64,000 nt of DNA from Yoonia sp. (GTDB lineage Bacteria > Pseudomonadota > Alphaproteobacteria > Rhodobacterales > Rhodobacteraceae), in NCBI RefSeq assembly GCF_046498525.1, contig NZ_JAWOAN010000097.1:2567-66566 (forward strand). The letters are read 5' to 3'. Shown here piece after piece: positions 28,217 through 37,743 of this stretch (the stretch's first letter is position 1; the number at the start of each line of letters is the position of its first letter). The notes beneath the pieces were generated by a model that saw only the letters and a program-made list of their open reading frames with translations, did not search any database and was not told where the DNA came from. The translations under genes and the position numbers were made by a program.

Positions 28217-28696
28217 TCAGGCCTTCGCCATCAGATCGTCAATAAACAGGCTAAGCAGCTGGGTCCGGCCGGAAACCCCCGCTTTGCGGTAAATTGCGTT
28301 GGTTTGTGCTTTGATCGTGCCCTCGCTGACATTGCGCAGGGTCGCAATTTCTTGTGTGGACATGCCTTTTATCGCAAATAGCGCCACGTCGCGCTCGGCA
28401 GGGGTCAGCACCCACGCGGCAAAGCGTTCTTCCAACACATCCATGAATGCACCCGAGGCCACCCTAAGCTGATCTTCGACCGCAACATTGCGCGCCATCG
28501 TGCGGCGCAATACGATCCACCCCAACACCACACCAAGCAAAAGGCCCAGTGCCGCGCCCAATTCAACCAATTCGTAAAGTTGCCAACTCAGCGGACCGAC
28601 GCCGAGCACCGACGCCAGGATGCGGGAGACAAAAAAGATGGCGCAGAGAAGCTGCACCACCACAATCACGACAACCGTCCATTGACCTTTCTCCAA
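28217..28696 (-). CDS. Membrane-anchored LuxR/GerE-type HTH protein (2 TM helices, no receiver or ligand domain)
   Basis: Two hydrophobic helices (WTVVVIVVVQLLCAIFFVSRIL; LVELGAALGLLLGVVLGWIVL), then …LTPAERDVALFAIKGMSTQEIATLRNVSEGTIKAQTNAIYRKAGVSGRTQL. TTG start at 28696 with GAAGGAAAA upstream. Confidence 0.75.
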   Translation of the reverse strand: MEKGQWTVVVIVVVQLLCAIFFVSRILASVLGVGPLSWQLYELVELGAALGLLLGVVLGWIVLRRTMARNVAVEDQLRVASGAFMDVLEERFAAWVLTPAERDVALFAIKGMSTQEIATLRNVSEGTIKAQTNAIYRKAGVSGRTQLLSLFIDDLMAKA

Positions 28697-28722
28697 ATTG
28701 GTTTTCCTTCGGTCAGCTCGGA

Positions 28723-29166
28723 TCAGTCATCGTCGTCATCATCATCATCATCGTCGTCATCATCATCATCATCGTCGTCATCATCATCATCGTCGTCATC
28801 GTCGTCGTCGTCGTCATCTTCATCATCACGGTCCACCCCCGAGTCGCTGTCACGGTCATCTGAACTCGTACTGCTGCGCGGATTGAACAGCGTCGGAGCG
28901 TCATCATCAGTGTCCTCGTCGGCATCCAAAGTCCGCCAGTAGTCGCGCAAGATTTCTCCGGTCTGTGGATTGAACACCAACTCGCGCCGCAGATCATCGC
29001 GCACCGCGACGACACGAATACGCCCCAGCCACGTACGCTGCAACGTAATCTCGGTAAATCCCTGCCCACGTAATTGCGACACGATCTGATCCTGCACGGA
29101 CTGGGCCGCCGCAAAATGCGGCGTCCCAGCGAGTGCAAGACAAATGATGACCCTTTTCAACATCAT
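28723..29166 (-). CDS. Secreted PepSY-like protein with a C-terminal run of 31 consecutive Asp
   Basis: Signal MMLKRVIICLALAGTPHFAAA|Q, PepSY-like core …GFTEITLQRTWLGRIRVVAVRDDLRRELVFNPQTGEILRDYW, an acidic linker, then D x31 up to the stop. Confidence 0.7.
   Translation of the reverse strand: MMLKRVIICLALAGTPHFAAAQSVQDQIVSQLRGQGFTEITLQRTWLGRIRVVAVRDDLRRELVFNPQTGEILRDYWRTLDADEDTDDDAPTLFNPRSSTSSDDRDSDSGVDRDDEDDDDDDDDDDDDDDDDDDDDDDDDDDDDDDD
28726..28818 (-). repeat. (GAY)31 trinucleotide tract with 21-nt higher-order units
   Basis: The plus strand reads gtcatc gtcgtcatcatcatcatcatc gtcgtcatcatcatcatcatc gtcgtcatcatcatcatc gtcgtcatc gtcgtcgtcgtcgtcatc. Confidence 0.95.
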
Positions 29167-29192
29167 CTGATCAACATGCACATTTTGAATGA

Positions 29193-29654
29193 CTATTCGT
29201 CATCATCATCATCGTCTTCGTCGTCATCATCGTCTTCGTCATCATCATCGTCTTCGTCATCGTCATCTTCGTTATCTTCGTCATCATCATCATCATCATC
29301 TTCGTCATCGTCATCTTCGTCATCGTCATCGTCATCGTCATCTTCGTCATCGTCATCGTCAAAGAAGTCTTCATCATCATCCTTGATCCTGACGCCGGAC
29401 ACAAACTCATCATCGTCATCAATCGTTTCAACTTCTTGCTCGAGAATATTACCGGCTAGATCATAGATGGCCTCGAGCTTACGGCCATTGCGGATCGCCT
29501 CGACCTTGATTTGTGTCGGACCGTTTGTAACCTCGATGCTTTCGTAGTTTTGCGCCTGCAGCGCCGCGATCACCTTTTCAGCGACTGACTGCGCATGAAC
29601 AGCACCCGCGCTGAGTGCCACCAACGTCGTCGTGGAAAGTAAGAGCTTTTTCAT
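29193..29654 (-). CDS. Secreted PepSY-like protein with a 55-residue Asp/Glu tail
   Basis: Signal MKKLLLSTTTLVALSAGAVHA|Q, core …NYESIEVTNGPTQIKVEAIRNGRKLEAIYDLAGNILEQEVE, and a tail in which 54 of 55 residues are D/E. AAGGATGA lies before the ATG at 29654. Confidence 0.7.
   Translation of the reverse strand: MKKLLLSTTTLVALSAGAVHAQSVAEKVIAALQAQNYESIEVTNGPTQIKVEAIRNGRKLEAIYDLAGNILEQEVETIDDDDEFVSGVRIKDDDEDFFDDDDDEDDDDDDDDEDDDDEDDDDDDDEDNEDDDDEDDDDDEDDDDDEDDDDDDE
29196..29360 (-). repeat. GAY/GAA codon repeat tract with 18-nt higher-order units
   Basis: The plus strand contains repeated gtcttcgtcatcatcatc / atcttcgtcatcgtcatc units across 165 nt. Confidence 0.9.
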
Positions 29655-29779
29655 GTCTGATTCATCCTTATGTGTGACGGTCGCACCATACGATCCGTTC
29701 AACACGAGAACAGCGCAACGCACACCGCTTTGATACGCATCGTCGGTTTATATCAGCGTTTGTAAACCCGATAACGAAA

Positions 29780-29801
29780 GGCCTAAACCAAAGTTTAGGC
29801 C
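29780..29801 (-). terminator. Hairpin terminator 8 nt after the trpB stop
   Basis: GGCCTAAAC-CAAA-GTTTAGGCC is a perfect 9-bp stem, followed on the minus strand by TTTCGTTAT. Confidence 0.55.
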
Positions 29802-29809
29802 GCCGGGCA

Positions 29810-31036
29810 TCAAATCTTCATATCAAAGCCAAGGTGTTTCGCGACAGTAAAGATGTCCTTGTCGCCGCGCCCGCACATGTTCATGACCAGCAAGTGGTCC
29901 TCTGGAAGGTCCGGTGCAATCTTCATGACATGGGCCAATGCATGCGAAGGTTCCAGTGCAGGGATAATACCTTCTTGCGCGCAGCACAATTGGAACGCTT
30001 CCAGCGCCTCGGCGTCAGTAATCGACACGTATTGAGCACGCCCGATGTCATGAAGCCATGCATGTTCCGGCCCAATGCCCGGATAATCCAGACCCGCAGA
30101 AATACTGAAGCCTTCAAGTATCTGGCCATCGTCATCCTGCAAAAGGTAGGTGCGGTTGCCATGCAATACGCCGGGGCGGCCACCAGTTAAGGACGCACAG
30201 TGCTCCATCTTGGCGTTCACGCCTTTGCCGCCAGCCTCGACACCGATGATATTGACGTCCTTGTCATCAAGAAACGGATAGAACAGACCCATCGCATTCG
30301 AGCCACCACCGATCGCTGCGATCAGCGTGTCAGGCAAGCGACCTTCTGCGGCCTGCATCTGTTCTTTCGTTTCCTTGCCGATAATGGCCTGAAAATCACG
30401 GACCATTGCAGGATAGGGATGCGGGCCTGCCACCGTACCGATGCAGTAGAAGGTGTCACGCACATTGGTTACCCAGTCGCGCAGCGCATCGTTCATGGCA
30501 TCCTTCAAGGTGCCGCGACCAGAGGTCACCGCCACTACCTCGGCACCAAGAAGGCGCATACGGAACACGTTGGGGGCTTGGCGTTCGACATCATGTGCGC
30601 CCATATAAACCACGCACTTCAGACCAAACTTTGCACAGACTGTCGCCGTGGCCACACCGTGCTGGCCGGCGCCGGTTTCGGCGATAATCCGGGTCTTGCC
30701 CATGCGACGGGCAAGAATGATCTGGCCCAGCACATTGTTGATCTTATGCGCACCTGTGTGGTTCAGTTCATCCCGCTTCATGTAGATCTTCGCACCGCCC
30801 AAATGTTCGGTCAGGCGCTCGGCATGATAAAGCGGGCTGGGACGGCCCACATAATGTGTCCACAGATCATGCATCTCGGCCCAGAACGACTCGTCCGTCT
30901 TGGCGTGTTCATACTGCTCTTCCAGCTCAAGGATCAGCGGCATGAGTGTTTCGGACACAAAGCGTCCGCCGAAGTCACCAAAACGGCCCTTTTCATCGGG
31001 ACCGGTCATGAAGCTGTTAAAGAGATCGTTGGCCAT
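29810..31036 (-). CDS. trpB: Tryptophan synthase beta chain
   Basis: …[17 protein letters not shown]…HTGAHKINN…[11 protein letters not shown]… are classical TrpB motifs. Confidence 0.97.
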   Translation of the reverse strand: MANDLFNSFMTGPDEKGRFGDFGGRFVSETLMPLILELEEQYEHAKTDESFWAEMHDLWTHYVGRPSPLYHAERLTEHLGGAKIYMKRDELNHTGAHKINNVLGQIILARRMGKTRIIAETGAGQHGVATATVCAKFGLKCVVYMGAHDVERQAPNVFRMRLLGAEVVAVTSGRGTLKDAMNDALRDWVTNVRDTFYCIGTVAGPHPYPAMVRDFQAIIGKETKEQMQAAEGRLPDTLIAAIGGGSNAMGLFYPFLDDKDVNIIGVEAGGKGVNAKMEHCASLTGGRPGVLHGNRTYLLQDDDGQILEGFSISAGLDYPGIGPEHAWLHDIGRAQYVSITDAEALEAFQLCCAQEGIIPALEPSHALAHVMKIAPDLPEDHLLVMNMCGRGDKDIFTVAKHLGFDMKI

Positions 31037-31161
31037 GGGACACCTGCTGTTTTCGCACCTGTCAGATCTAGCGATTCCTGTGTGAATGGTAAAGCAGCCA
31101 TCCGGTCGCAGACGCGCATGAAATCCCGGCTAACGCCGCGACCGCTTTTGTCGGCTCCGCG

Positions 31162-31809
31162 TCAATCCGCGCGCGCAGCGGCGCAAAACGCGGCAATCCG
31201 TGCCGCGTCCTTTACACCAGGGGCAGATTCGACACCTGATGACACATCAACCTGCCCCGCATCGGTCAGTGCAATCGCCTCGCCGACTGTCTGGGGCGTC
31301 AACCCACCGGCGAGCATCCACGGCACAGGCCAGCGACGACCGGCGATCAACCTCCAATCGAAGGACAGACCGTTCCCTCCGGGCAGGTTGGCGTCCTTGG
31401 GCGGTTTGGCATCCACAAGAATCTGGTCAGCCACCTGCGCGTATGTATCGAGCGCCGCAAGATCGCTTTCGTCGGCAACACCAACGGCCTTCATCACCGG
31501 CAGCCCGTATCGCGTACGAATTTCGCTTACCCGCTCGGGCGTTTCATGTCCGTGCAATTGCAGGATATCCAACGGAACTTTGGCCGTGATCTGATCAAGC
31601 AGCGCATTATCTGCATCAATGACCAAAGCGACCTTCGCCACCCCCGGCGGCACGGCCTGCGCAATGACCGTCGCTTCATCAATGCTGACGTTGCGTGGAG
31701 ATTTGGGAAAAAAAACCAGACCCACATAACTGGCCGCGGCATCAACAGCCGCCTTCAGCGATGCCACATCGCGTAGTCCGCAGATTTTGACACTCGTGTT
31801 AGCTGGCAT
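31162..31809 (-). CDS. trpF: N-(5'-phosphoribosyl)anthranilate isomerase
   Basis: …[33 protein letters not shown]…[10 protein letters not shown]…GGLTPQTV…. Confidence 0.9.
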   Translation of the reverse strand: MPANTSVKICGLRDVASLKAAVDAAASYVGLVFFPKSPRNVSIDEATVIAQAVPPGVAKVALVIDADNALLDQITAKVPLDILQLHGHETPERVSEIRTRYGLPVMKAVGVADESDLAALDTYAQVADQILVDAKPPKDANLPGGNGLSFDWRLIAGRRWPVPWMLAGGLTPQTVGEAIALTDAGQVDVSSGVESAPGVKDAARIAAFCAAARAD

Positions 31810-32165
31810 CAGCGCGACTTTTCAAGAAGCGCCAGAACGTCATCGTCACTTTTGGCACCGGCGGCCGCGCCGCGCAGTTGCTCAACCTCGCGGCGCAAGC
31901 CTGCCACTTCGCGTGCTTTGCCTCGCGCCTCGGCGCGCATCCGATGCTCACGCACCCATTCCCAAAGAAAGCCGATCATCAGTCCGGCACCGACGCCGAT
32001 AAAGATAACCACAAAAAGCGGGAGCTGAATATCAGGGGACAGGCCCAACAGTTCGCCCAGCGCCTCGGGCATGGCGCGCACAGTCACAATATCACGATTG
32101 GCAAGGCCAATCAGGATCAGGCAAAGACCGACAATGGCCCAGAATGTGTAGCGAATTGTTTTCAT
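31809..32165 (-). CDS. LapA-like (DUF1049) inner membrane protein
   Basis: Two TM helices plus a charged coiled C-terminus. Sits in the conserved position between ihfB and trpF in alphaproteobacteria. Confidence 0.65.
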   Translation of the reverse strand: MKTIRYTFWAIVGLCLILIGLANRDIVTVRAMPEALGELLGLSPDIQLPLFVVIFIGVGAGLMIGFLWEWVREHRMRAEARGKAREVAGLRREVEQLRGAAAGAKSDDDVLALLEKSR

Positions 32166-32238
32166 GACATCAGCATAGCGCAGTTCATTGGTCCGGTGAA
32201 CAGCTTTTCATCGCAAAGAAGATGATAATGAAACCGGC

Positions 32239-32520
32239 CTAGTTTCCGTTCAGACGATCGCGCAAGAGCTTGCCTGTCTTGAAAAACGGCACGTGCTTTT
32301 CGTCCACTTCGACCGCTTCACCGGTGCGCGGATTACGACCAATCCGTTGATCACGCTTCTTGACCGAAAAGGCCCCAAAGCCACGCAGCTCAACACGATC
32401 ACCACGCGCCATCGCTTCGATAATCTCTTCAAATATCGTATTCACGATCTTTTCGACGTCACGTTGATAAAGGTGGGGGTTTTCGTCGGCAAGTTTCTGA
32501 ATCAGTTCGGAACGGATCAT
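32239..32520 (-). CDS. ihfB: Integration host factor beta subunit
   Basis: [33 protein letters not shown]…[24 protein letters not shown]…. GGGAGG lies before the ATG at 32520. Confidence 0.95.
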   Translation of the reverse strand: MIRSELIQKLADENPHLYQRDVEKIVNTIFEEIIEAMARGDRVELRGFGAFSVKKRDQRIGRNPRTGEAVEVDEKHVPFFKTGKLLRDRLNGN

Positions 32521-32826
32521 ATTTTTGGCCTCCCAACCAGTGAGCAAACACACAACAGCAGGTTTGTGCCCGCTTTTCAAAAGACTATAGGCAGTTTAGC
32601 CTTGCGAAGAAATAGAGAGATGCGGCAGTTTCGGGCCTAATTCGCGCCACTCAATGATCAAAATGCAATGTTTAGCAGCACAAGGGGGCCAATGTACGTG
32701 CCCAACCTCAGTTGAACACATCACCGCGCAAAACGATTCGCAACGACTGAACCTACGCCCGCGTTCCATCCGCGCGGGCGATCCGGACGAAAGCAACGGA
32801 CTTCAATCGAGCACTGCAATGCACCC

Positions 32827-32867
32827 GAAAAAAAGAAAACCCCCGCCGCAGTCACCTGCGGCGGGGG
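32827..32867 (-). terminator. Rho-independent terminator after rpsA
   Basis: The minus strand reads CCCCCGCCGCAG-GTGA-CTGCGGCGGGGG (perfect 12-bp stem) followed by TTTTCTTTTTTT. Confidence 0.85.
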
Positions 32868-32895
32868 CCTTCATGTTCACTTCGTCAGGTCAGAC

Positions 32896-34569
32896 TTATT
32901 CGTCACCCTTCAGAGCCGCACCAAGGATATCACCCAAGGATGCACCAGACGCAGAGGAGCCATACTGCTCGACCGCTTCCTTCTCTTCTGCGATCTCACG
33001 CGCCTTGATCGACAGACCCAGCTTGCGGGTCTTGCTGTCGATGTTGGTTACGCGCACGTCTACCTTGTCGCCGACCTGGAAACGCTCTGGGCGCTGCTCT
33101 GCACGGTCACGGGACAGGTCGGACCGACGGATGAAGGATTTCGCACCCTCGTAGTCGACTTCGATGCCGCCATCTTCGATCTTGGTCACTTCGACAGTGA
33201 TGACAGAACCACGCTTCACGCCGCCAATGGCTTCCGCGAACGGATCACCGTCAAGGGCCTTGATCGAAAGCGAGATACGCTCTTTCTCGACGTCGACTTC
33301 AGCAACCTTCGCACGGACCATATCGCCCTTGCGGAAATCACCGATGACATCTTCGCCACGGCCTTCCCATGTCAGGTCGGACAGGTGAACCATACCGTCA
33401 ATGTCGCCTTCGAGGCCAACAAACAGACCGAATTCGGTGATGTTCTTGACTTCGCCTTCGACCTCGGTGCCCTCAGGATGGGTCTCGGAAAAGACTTCCC
33501 ATGGGTTGCGCTGTGTCTGCTTGAGGCCCAGGGAAACCCGGCGCTTGGCGCTGTCGATTTCCAGAACCATAACTTCGACTTCCTGAGAGGTCGACACGAT
33601 CTTGCCGGGGTGAACGTTCTTCTTGGTCCATGACATTTCAGAGACGTGCACCAGACCTTCGACACCGGCTTCCAGCTCAACGAATGCGCCGTAATCGGTG
33701 ATGTTGGTCACACGGCCCTGATGTACGGAACCGAGGCCGAACTTGGCTTCAACCGCATCCCAAGGATCGTCCTGAAGCTGCTTCATGCCAAGGCTGATAC
33801 GGTGGGTTTCCTTGTTGATCTTGATGACCTGCACCTTGATCGTCTCACCGATAGAAAGGATTTCCGAAGGATGGTTCACACGGCGCCATGCCATGTCGGT
33901 GACGTGCAACAGCCCGTCGACACCGCCCAGATCAACGAACGCACCGTATTCGGTGATGTTCTTGACGACGCCATCAACTTCCTGACCTTCGGTCAGATTG
34001 CCGATCACTTCGGCACGCTGTTCAGCACGTGATTCTTCTAGGATTGCACGGCGCGATACAACGATGTTGCCACGACGACGGTCCATTTTCAGGATCTGGA
34101 ATGGCTGCTTGAGACCCATCAACGGGCCTGCATCGCGCACGGGGCGGACATCGACCTGAGAGCCGGGCAAAAACGCAACAGCGCCGCCAAGGTCTACGGT
34201 AAAGCCACCTTTGACGCGGCCAAAGATTGCGCCATCGACACGCTCTTCGTCAGCATAGGCTTTTTCCAGACGATCCCAGGCTTCTTCGCGGCGCGCCATT
34301 TCACGGCTGATAACAGCTTCACCACGGGCATTTTCGACCTGACGCAGGAACACTTCAACAGTGTCACCAACGGCCAGTTCAGCCTCTTCACCGGGATTTG
34401 CGAATTCTTTGATATCAACGCGGCCTTCCATCTTGTAGCCGACGTCGATGATGGCTTGGCCCGCTTCGATCGCGATAACCTTGCCTTTGACAACTGACCC
34501 TTCAGCGGGTGTGTCCATTTCGAAGCTTTCATTCAGGAGCGCTTCAAACTCTTCCATAGTATTAGCCAT
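32896..34569 (-). CDS. rpsA: 30S ribosomal protein S1
   Basis: Six S1 repeats. N-terminus MANTMEEFEALLNESF at ATG 34569. The longer ORF to 34659 is rejected. Confidence 0.95.
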   Translation of the reverse strand: MANTMEEFEALLNESFEMDTPAEGSVVKGKVIAIEAGQAIIDVGYKMEGRVDIKEFANPGEEAELAVGDTVEVFLRQVENARGEAVISREMARREEAWDRLEKAYADEERVDGAIFGRVKGGFTVDLGGAVAFLPGSQVDVRPVRDAGPLMGLKQPFQILKMDRRRGNIVVSRRAILEESRAEQRAEVIGNLTEGQEVDGVVKNITEYGAFVDLGGVDGLLHVTDMAWRRVNHPSEILSIGETIKVQVIKINKETHRISLGMKQLQDDPWDAVEAKFGLGSVHQGRVTNITDYGAFVELEAGVEGLVHVSEMSWTKKNVHPGKIVSTSQEVEVMVLEIDSAKRRVSLGLKQTQRNPWEVFSETHPEGTEVEGEVKNITEFGLFVGLEGDIDGMVHLSDLTWEGRGEDVIGDFRKGDMVRAKVAEVDVEKERISLSIKALDGDPFAEAIGGVKRGSVITVEVTKIEDGGIEVDYEGAKSFIRRSDLSRDRAEQRPERFQVGDKVDVRVTNIDSKTRKLGLSIKAREIAEEKEAVEQYGSSASGASLGDILGAALKGDE

Positions 34570-34875
34570 GTGGCGTCGTTTTCCTAACGTTTTGGTTTTA
34601 TACGGGCCGTGCGGTTGTCTCCGCCGGTCTTTGGGTTTCAGTGGTCTGGCATCTTTCACGGATCATAAAACAACAGGGCCGGTTCATCACCGACCCCGCT
34701 CAAGTCTCACATCCGCGCCTGTCTCGACGCTTAGACAGTGCGGCATATATTGGGGTATTGCCAATAATGCAAGGGGTTTTGGCTCGCCAAGCGTGCCATC
34801 CTCTCGTTGATTTCGGCATCAAGTGGATTGTGGCCGATCTTGACGCTCGCCGCTGAAAAGCCACAGATGACCGAC

Positions 34876-35484
34876 CTAGCGGCGCGCGGTCCCAACAATT
34901 TTCACTGCCGCGGCAATTGCCTGCTCTGCGGACAACTCCGAGGTATCAAGCATCACCGCATCGTCAGCAGGCACCAGCGGGGCTGTCGCCCGACCGCTGT
35001 CGCGGGCGTCACGCGCTTTGACATCCGCCAACACAGAGTCAAAGGTGACAGCCGTGCCCTTGCCCAACAGTTCCTGAAACCGACGTTCGGCCCGACATTC
35101 CGGACTGGCCGTCACAAACAGTTTCACATCGGCGTCAGGACAGATGACCGTGCCAATATCGCGGCCATCCAGAACTGCTCCGCCACTGCGTTTGGCAAAA
35201 CCGCGTTGAAAAGCGGTCAACGCCGCGCGGACTTCGGGTATCACGGCGACCTCACTGGCGGCTTGCGCCACTTGCGGTGTGCGCAGATCATCACTCTCAA
35301 GGTCCACAGGATCCAGTGCTTGCGCCGCCGCAACCGGCGCGGCACCAGCCAGAACCCTCGCCCCGACCGCACGATAGAGCAGCCCCGTATCCAGATGTGC
35401 AAACCCGAAATGCGCTGCAACCGCCTTGGAGATCGTGCCCTTGCCCGCTGCGGCAGGCCCATCGATGGCGACGGTAAAACTCAT
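34876..35484 (-). CDS. cmk: Cytidylate kinase
   Basis: [41 protein letters not shown]…. Overlaps the aroA stop. Confidence 0.95.
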   Translation of the reverse strand: MSFTVAIDGPAAAGKGTISKAVAAHFGFAHLDTGLLYRAVGARVLAGAAPVAAAQALDPVDLESDDLRTPQVAQAASEVAVIPEVRAALTAFQRGFAKRSGGAVLDGRDIGTVICPDADVKLFVTASPECRAERRFQELLGKGTAVTFDSVLADVKARDARDSGRATAPLVPADDAVMLDTSELSAEQAIAAAVKIVGTARR

Positions 35485-36833
35485 GGGTTGGTACGGACCA
35501 ATAGCGCGCCCAGCCCACCCATCAGTTCCTCGAAAATCGGGAATGATGTGGCAATCGGGCTGCCGTCATCGACGCTCACAGGATTTTGCGTGGCCATCCC
35601 CATGACCATGAACGCCATGGCGATGCGGTGGTCCAACTCACTCTCCACTGTCGCACCACCGGGCACATTGCCGTGGCCCAAACCGGTGACCTTCCACCAA
35701 TCGGGTCCCTCGTCGACGGTAACACCCGCAGCACGCAGACCTTTGGCCATCGCGTCAATACGGTCGCTTTCCTTGACGCGCAGTTCCTTGACGCCCTGCA
35801 TATCGGTGACACCCTCGGCGAAAGCTGCCACAACGGACAGCACCGGATATTCATCAATCATGCTCGCTGCGCGCTCTGGCGGTACGACAACTCCGCGCAG
35901 GTCAGGCGAGAATTTCGCGCGCAGGTCGGCAACAGGTTCGCCGCCTTCTTCGCGCATGTTCTCGAAAACCAGATCCGCGCCCATTCCCTGCAAAGTGGTA
36001 AACAGCCCTGCACGGGTTGGATTCAAGCCGATATTGGGCACCAAAACGTCTGAGCCCGGTGTAATGATCGCCGCACAAACAGGAAACGCCGCCGAAGACG
36101 GATCGCGCGGTACGATGATCGTCTGCGGGCTCAGTTCCGGCTGGCCATCCAACGTAATGACACGACCCTCGGCAGTCTCCTCGACCGTCAATGTCGCGCC
36201 AAAGCCCTGCAACATCCGCTCGGTATGATCGCGGGTAGCCTCTTTCTCGATCACGACCGTTTGGCCGGGCGCATTGAGTCCGGCCAAAAGCACCGCCGAC
36301 TTTACCTGCGCCGACGGCACCGGCACCACATAACGAACAGGCACAGGATCGACGGCCCCCACCAAGGTCATCGGCAAGCGCCCGCCTGCGCGGCCGACAG
36401 TCTGCGTGCCAAAAAGCGCCAGCGGGTCTGTCACACGCCCCATCGGGCGCCCGTTCAACGAGGCATCACCGGTAAAAGTAACCGTAATGGGCGATGTTGC
36501 CATGGCCCCCATAATCAGGCGCACCCCGGTTCCCGAATTGCCGCAGTCAATGACCTGCTCCGGCTCGGCAAAGCCTCCGACACCGACACCGGTCACAGTC
36601 CATTCGCCACCACCGTGATTGGTCACGGTCGCACCAAACGCCGCCATCGCCTTGCCAGTGTCGAGGACATCCTCGCCCTCGAGCAAACCTGTAATATGTG
36701 TCTCACCGACACACATCGCGCCAAGGATCAACGCCCGGTGAGAGATAGACTTGTCGCCGGGCACATGTGCCTCACCCTTCAAGGGGCCACAGGGATGCGA
36801 AGTCATGGGAATTGGCGTTCCGTGGCCGGACAT
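35481..36833 (-). CDS. aroA: 3-phosphoshikimate 1-carboxyvinyltransferase (EPSP synthase)
   Basis: …[15 protein letters not shown]…[11 protein letters not shown]…, 450 aa. Confidence 0.95.
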   Translation of the reverse strand: MSGHGTPIPMTSHPCGPLKGEAHVPGDKSISHRALILGAMCVGETHITGLLEGEDVLDTGKAMAAFGATVTNHGGGEWTVTGVGVGGFAEPEQVIDCGNSGTGVRLIMGAMATSPITVTFTGDASLNGRPMGRVTDPLALFGTQTVGRAGGRLPMTLVGAVDPVPVRYVVPVPSAQVKSAVLLAGLNAPGQTVVIEKEATRDHTERMLQGFGATLTVEETAEGRVITLDGQPELSPQTIIVPRDPSSAAFPVCAAIITPGSDVLVPNIGLNPTRAGLFTTLQGMGADLVFENMREEGGEPVADLRAKFSPDLRGVVVPPERAASMIDEYPVLSVVAAFAEGVTDMQGVKELRVKESDRIDAMAKGLRAAGVTVDEGPDWWKVTGLGHGNVPGGATVESELDHRIAMAFMVMGMATQNPVSVDDGSPIATSFPIFEELMGGLGALLVRTNP

Positions 36834-36941
36834 GGGCGATCTTCCTTCATTTGTCGGGCAGGTGATAGCGCAGGCCTTATCCAGCGTCCATCGCTCCCAT
36901 CTTCATCTTGGCCAAAAAACTCCCCCCGGAGGGTCCTGCTC

Positions 36942-37655
36942 TCACAGCCTGCGGAACGTCAGATAATGGGGGGTCCGGCCCTCTCGCAGGGCCTTTTGCT
37001 CATAGCGTGTGGAAACCCAGTCACGCCACGGATCACGCCAATCTGCGGGGCCTTGCGCCAGCCATTCAAACCCATGCGCAGGGACCTGTTCCAAAGTCTG
37101 GCGGACGTAGTCCTTGATATCGGTGGCGACCCGCAACTCTGCTCCCGGCTTCATGACACGATGCAGCGGTGCCAGATGCTCTGGCGTGACAAAGCGGCGG
37201 CGGTGATGCCGCTTCTTGGGCCATGGGTCAGGGTAGTTGAGAAAGACCTTTGAAAGCGTCGCATCCGGCAGAACATCGAAAAGATCGCGGACATCGCCCG
37301 GATGGACGCGCAGATGATCGACGTCGGCCTTGCGGATTTTGCCCAGGAGCATGGCGACGCCGTTGATGAACGGCTCACATCCGATGAGACCCACATCGCG
37401 GTAGGTCTGTGCCATATGGATCAGATGCTCGCCACCGCCAAAACCGATTTCCAACCACACCGGTTTGTCCCCGAACACATCCGCCAGATCAAGCGGCTCA
37501 CGATCCGGATTCTCTTCCCAACTGATCGGACCGGGTGACAAAGGTGCCAGATCATTTTCAAGGTAGTCGTGCTGGGAGGCACGGATCGTCTTGCCTTTGA
37601 AGCGGCCATAGAAGTTGCGCCACGGGGCGCCAGAGGGATGGTTGGTCTTGCTCAT
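36942..37655 (-). CDS. trmB: tRNA (guanine46-N7)-methyltransferase
   Basis: …WLEIGFGGGEHLIHMA…FLNYPDPWPKKRHHRRRF…. Confidence 0.9.
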   Translation of the reverse strand: MSKTNHPSGAPWRNFYGRFKGKTIRASQHDYLENDLAPLSPGPISWEENPDREPLDLADVFGDKPVWLEIGFGGGEHLIHMAQTYRDVGLIGCEPFINGVAMLLGKIRKADVDHLRVHPGDVRDLFDVLPDATLSKVFLNYPDPWPKKRHHRRRFVTPEHLAPLHRVMKPGAELRVATDIKDYVRQTLEQVPAHGFEWLAQGPADWRDPWRDWVSTRYEQKALREGRTPHYLTFRRL

Positions 37656-37743
37656 GGGCGGGCCTTAACAAGCACAGCGCGCTTGCGCAATCGAATGGGT
37701 GGGCCGAGACCCATTCTATGCCTGCCAAATCCGACTTAGGCAG

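Noticed and set aside
28726-29360. Possible CRISPR array or other spacer-repeat structure in the repetitive DNA.
   Set aside because: The repeats are contiguous 3-nt codon units with 18-21-nt superunits and no unique spacers. They lie inside coding frames, and no cas genes are in the window.
28580-29466. Poly-Ser (28580..28942, 29074..29466), His/Arg-rich (28698..28886, 29189..29386) and Met/Thr-rich (28713..29138, 29171..29431) ORFs.
   Set aside because: These are off-frame or antisense readings of the GAY codon repeats. Only the minus-strand Asp/Glu frame has a signal peptide, a folded-looking domain and a ribosome-binding site.
28723-29654. The poly-acidic proteins as the missing substrates of the T1SS at 8.8-11.9 kb.
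   Set aside because: Both have classical N-terminal Sec signal peptides and lack GGxGxD nonapeptide repeats or a T1SS-type C-terminal signal. They are also 17 kb away from the T1SS genes.
34807-36228. 473-aa plus-strand ORF, one of several long ORFs antisense to known genes. Others are 30200..31594, 43076..44224, 46464..47426, 19296..20486, 54322..55350, 1274..2191, 35586..36053 and 36225..37253.
   Set aside because: Each lies antisense to a clearly recognisable housekeeping gene (cmk/aroA, trpB, miaB, fabA/fabB, DUF4130, adh, phnD). Their translations are Arg/Ala/Pro/Gly-rich low-complexity sequence typical of open antisense frames in high-GC DNA.
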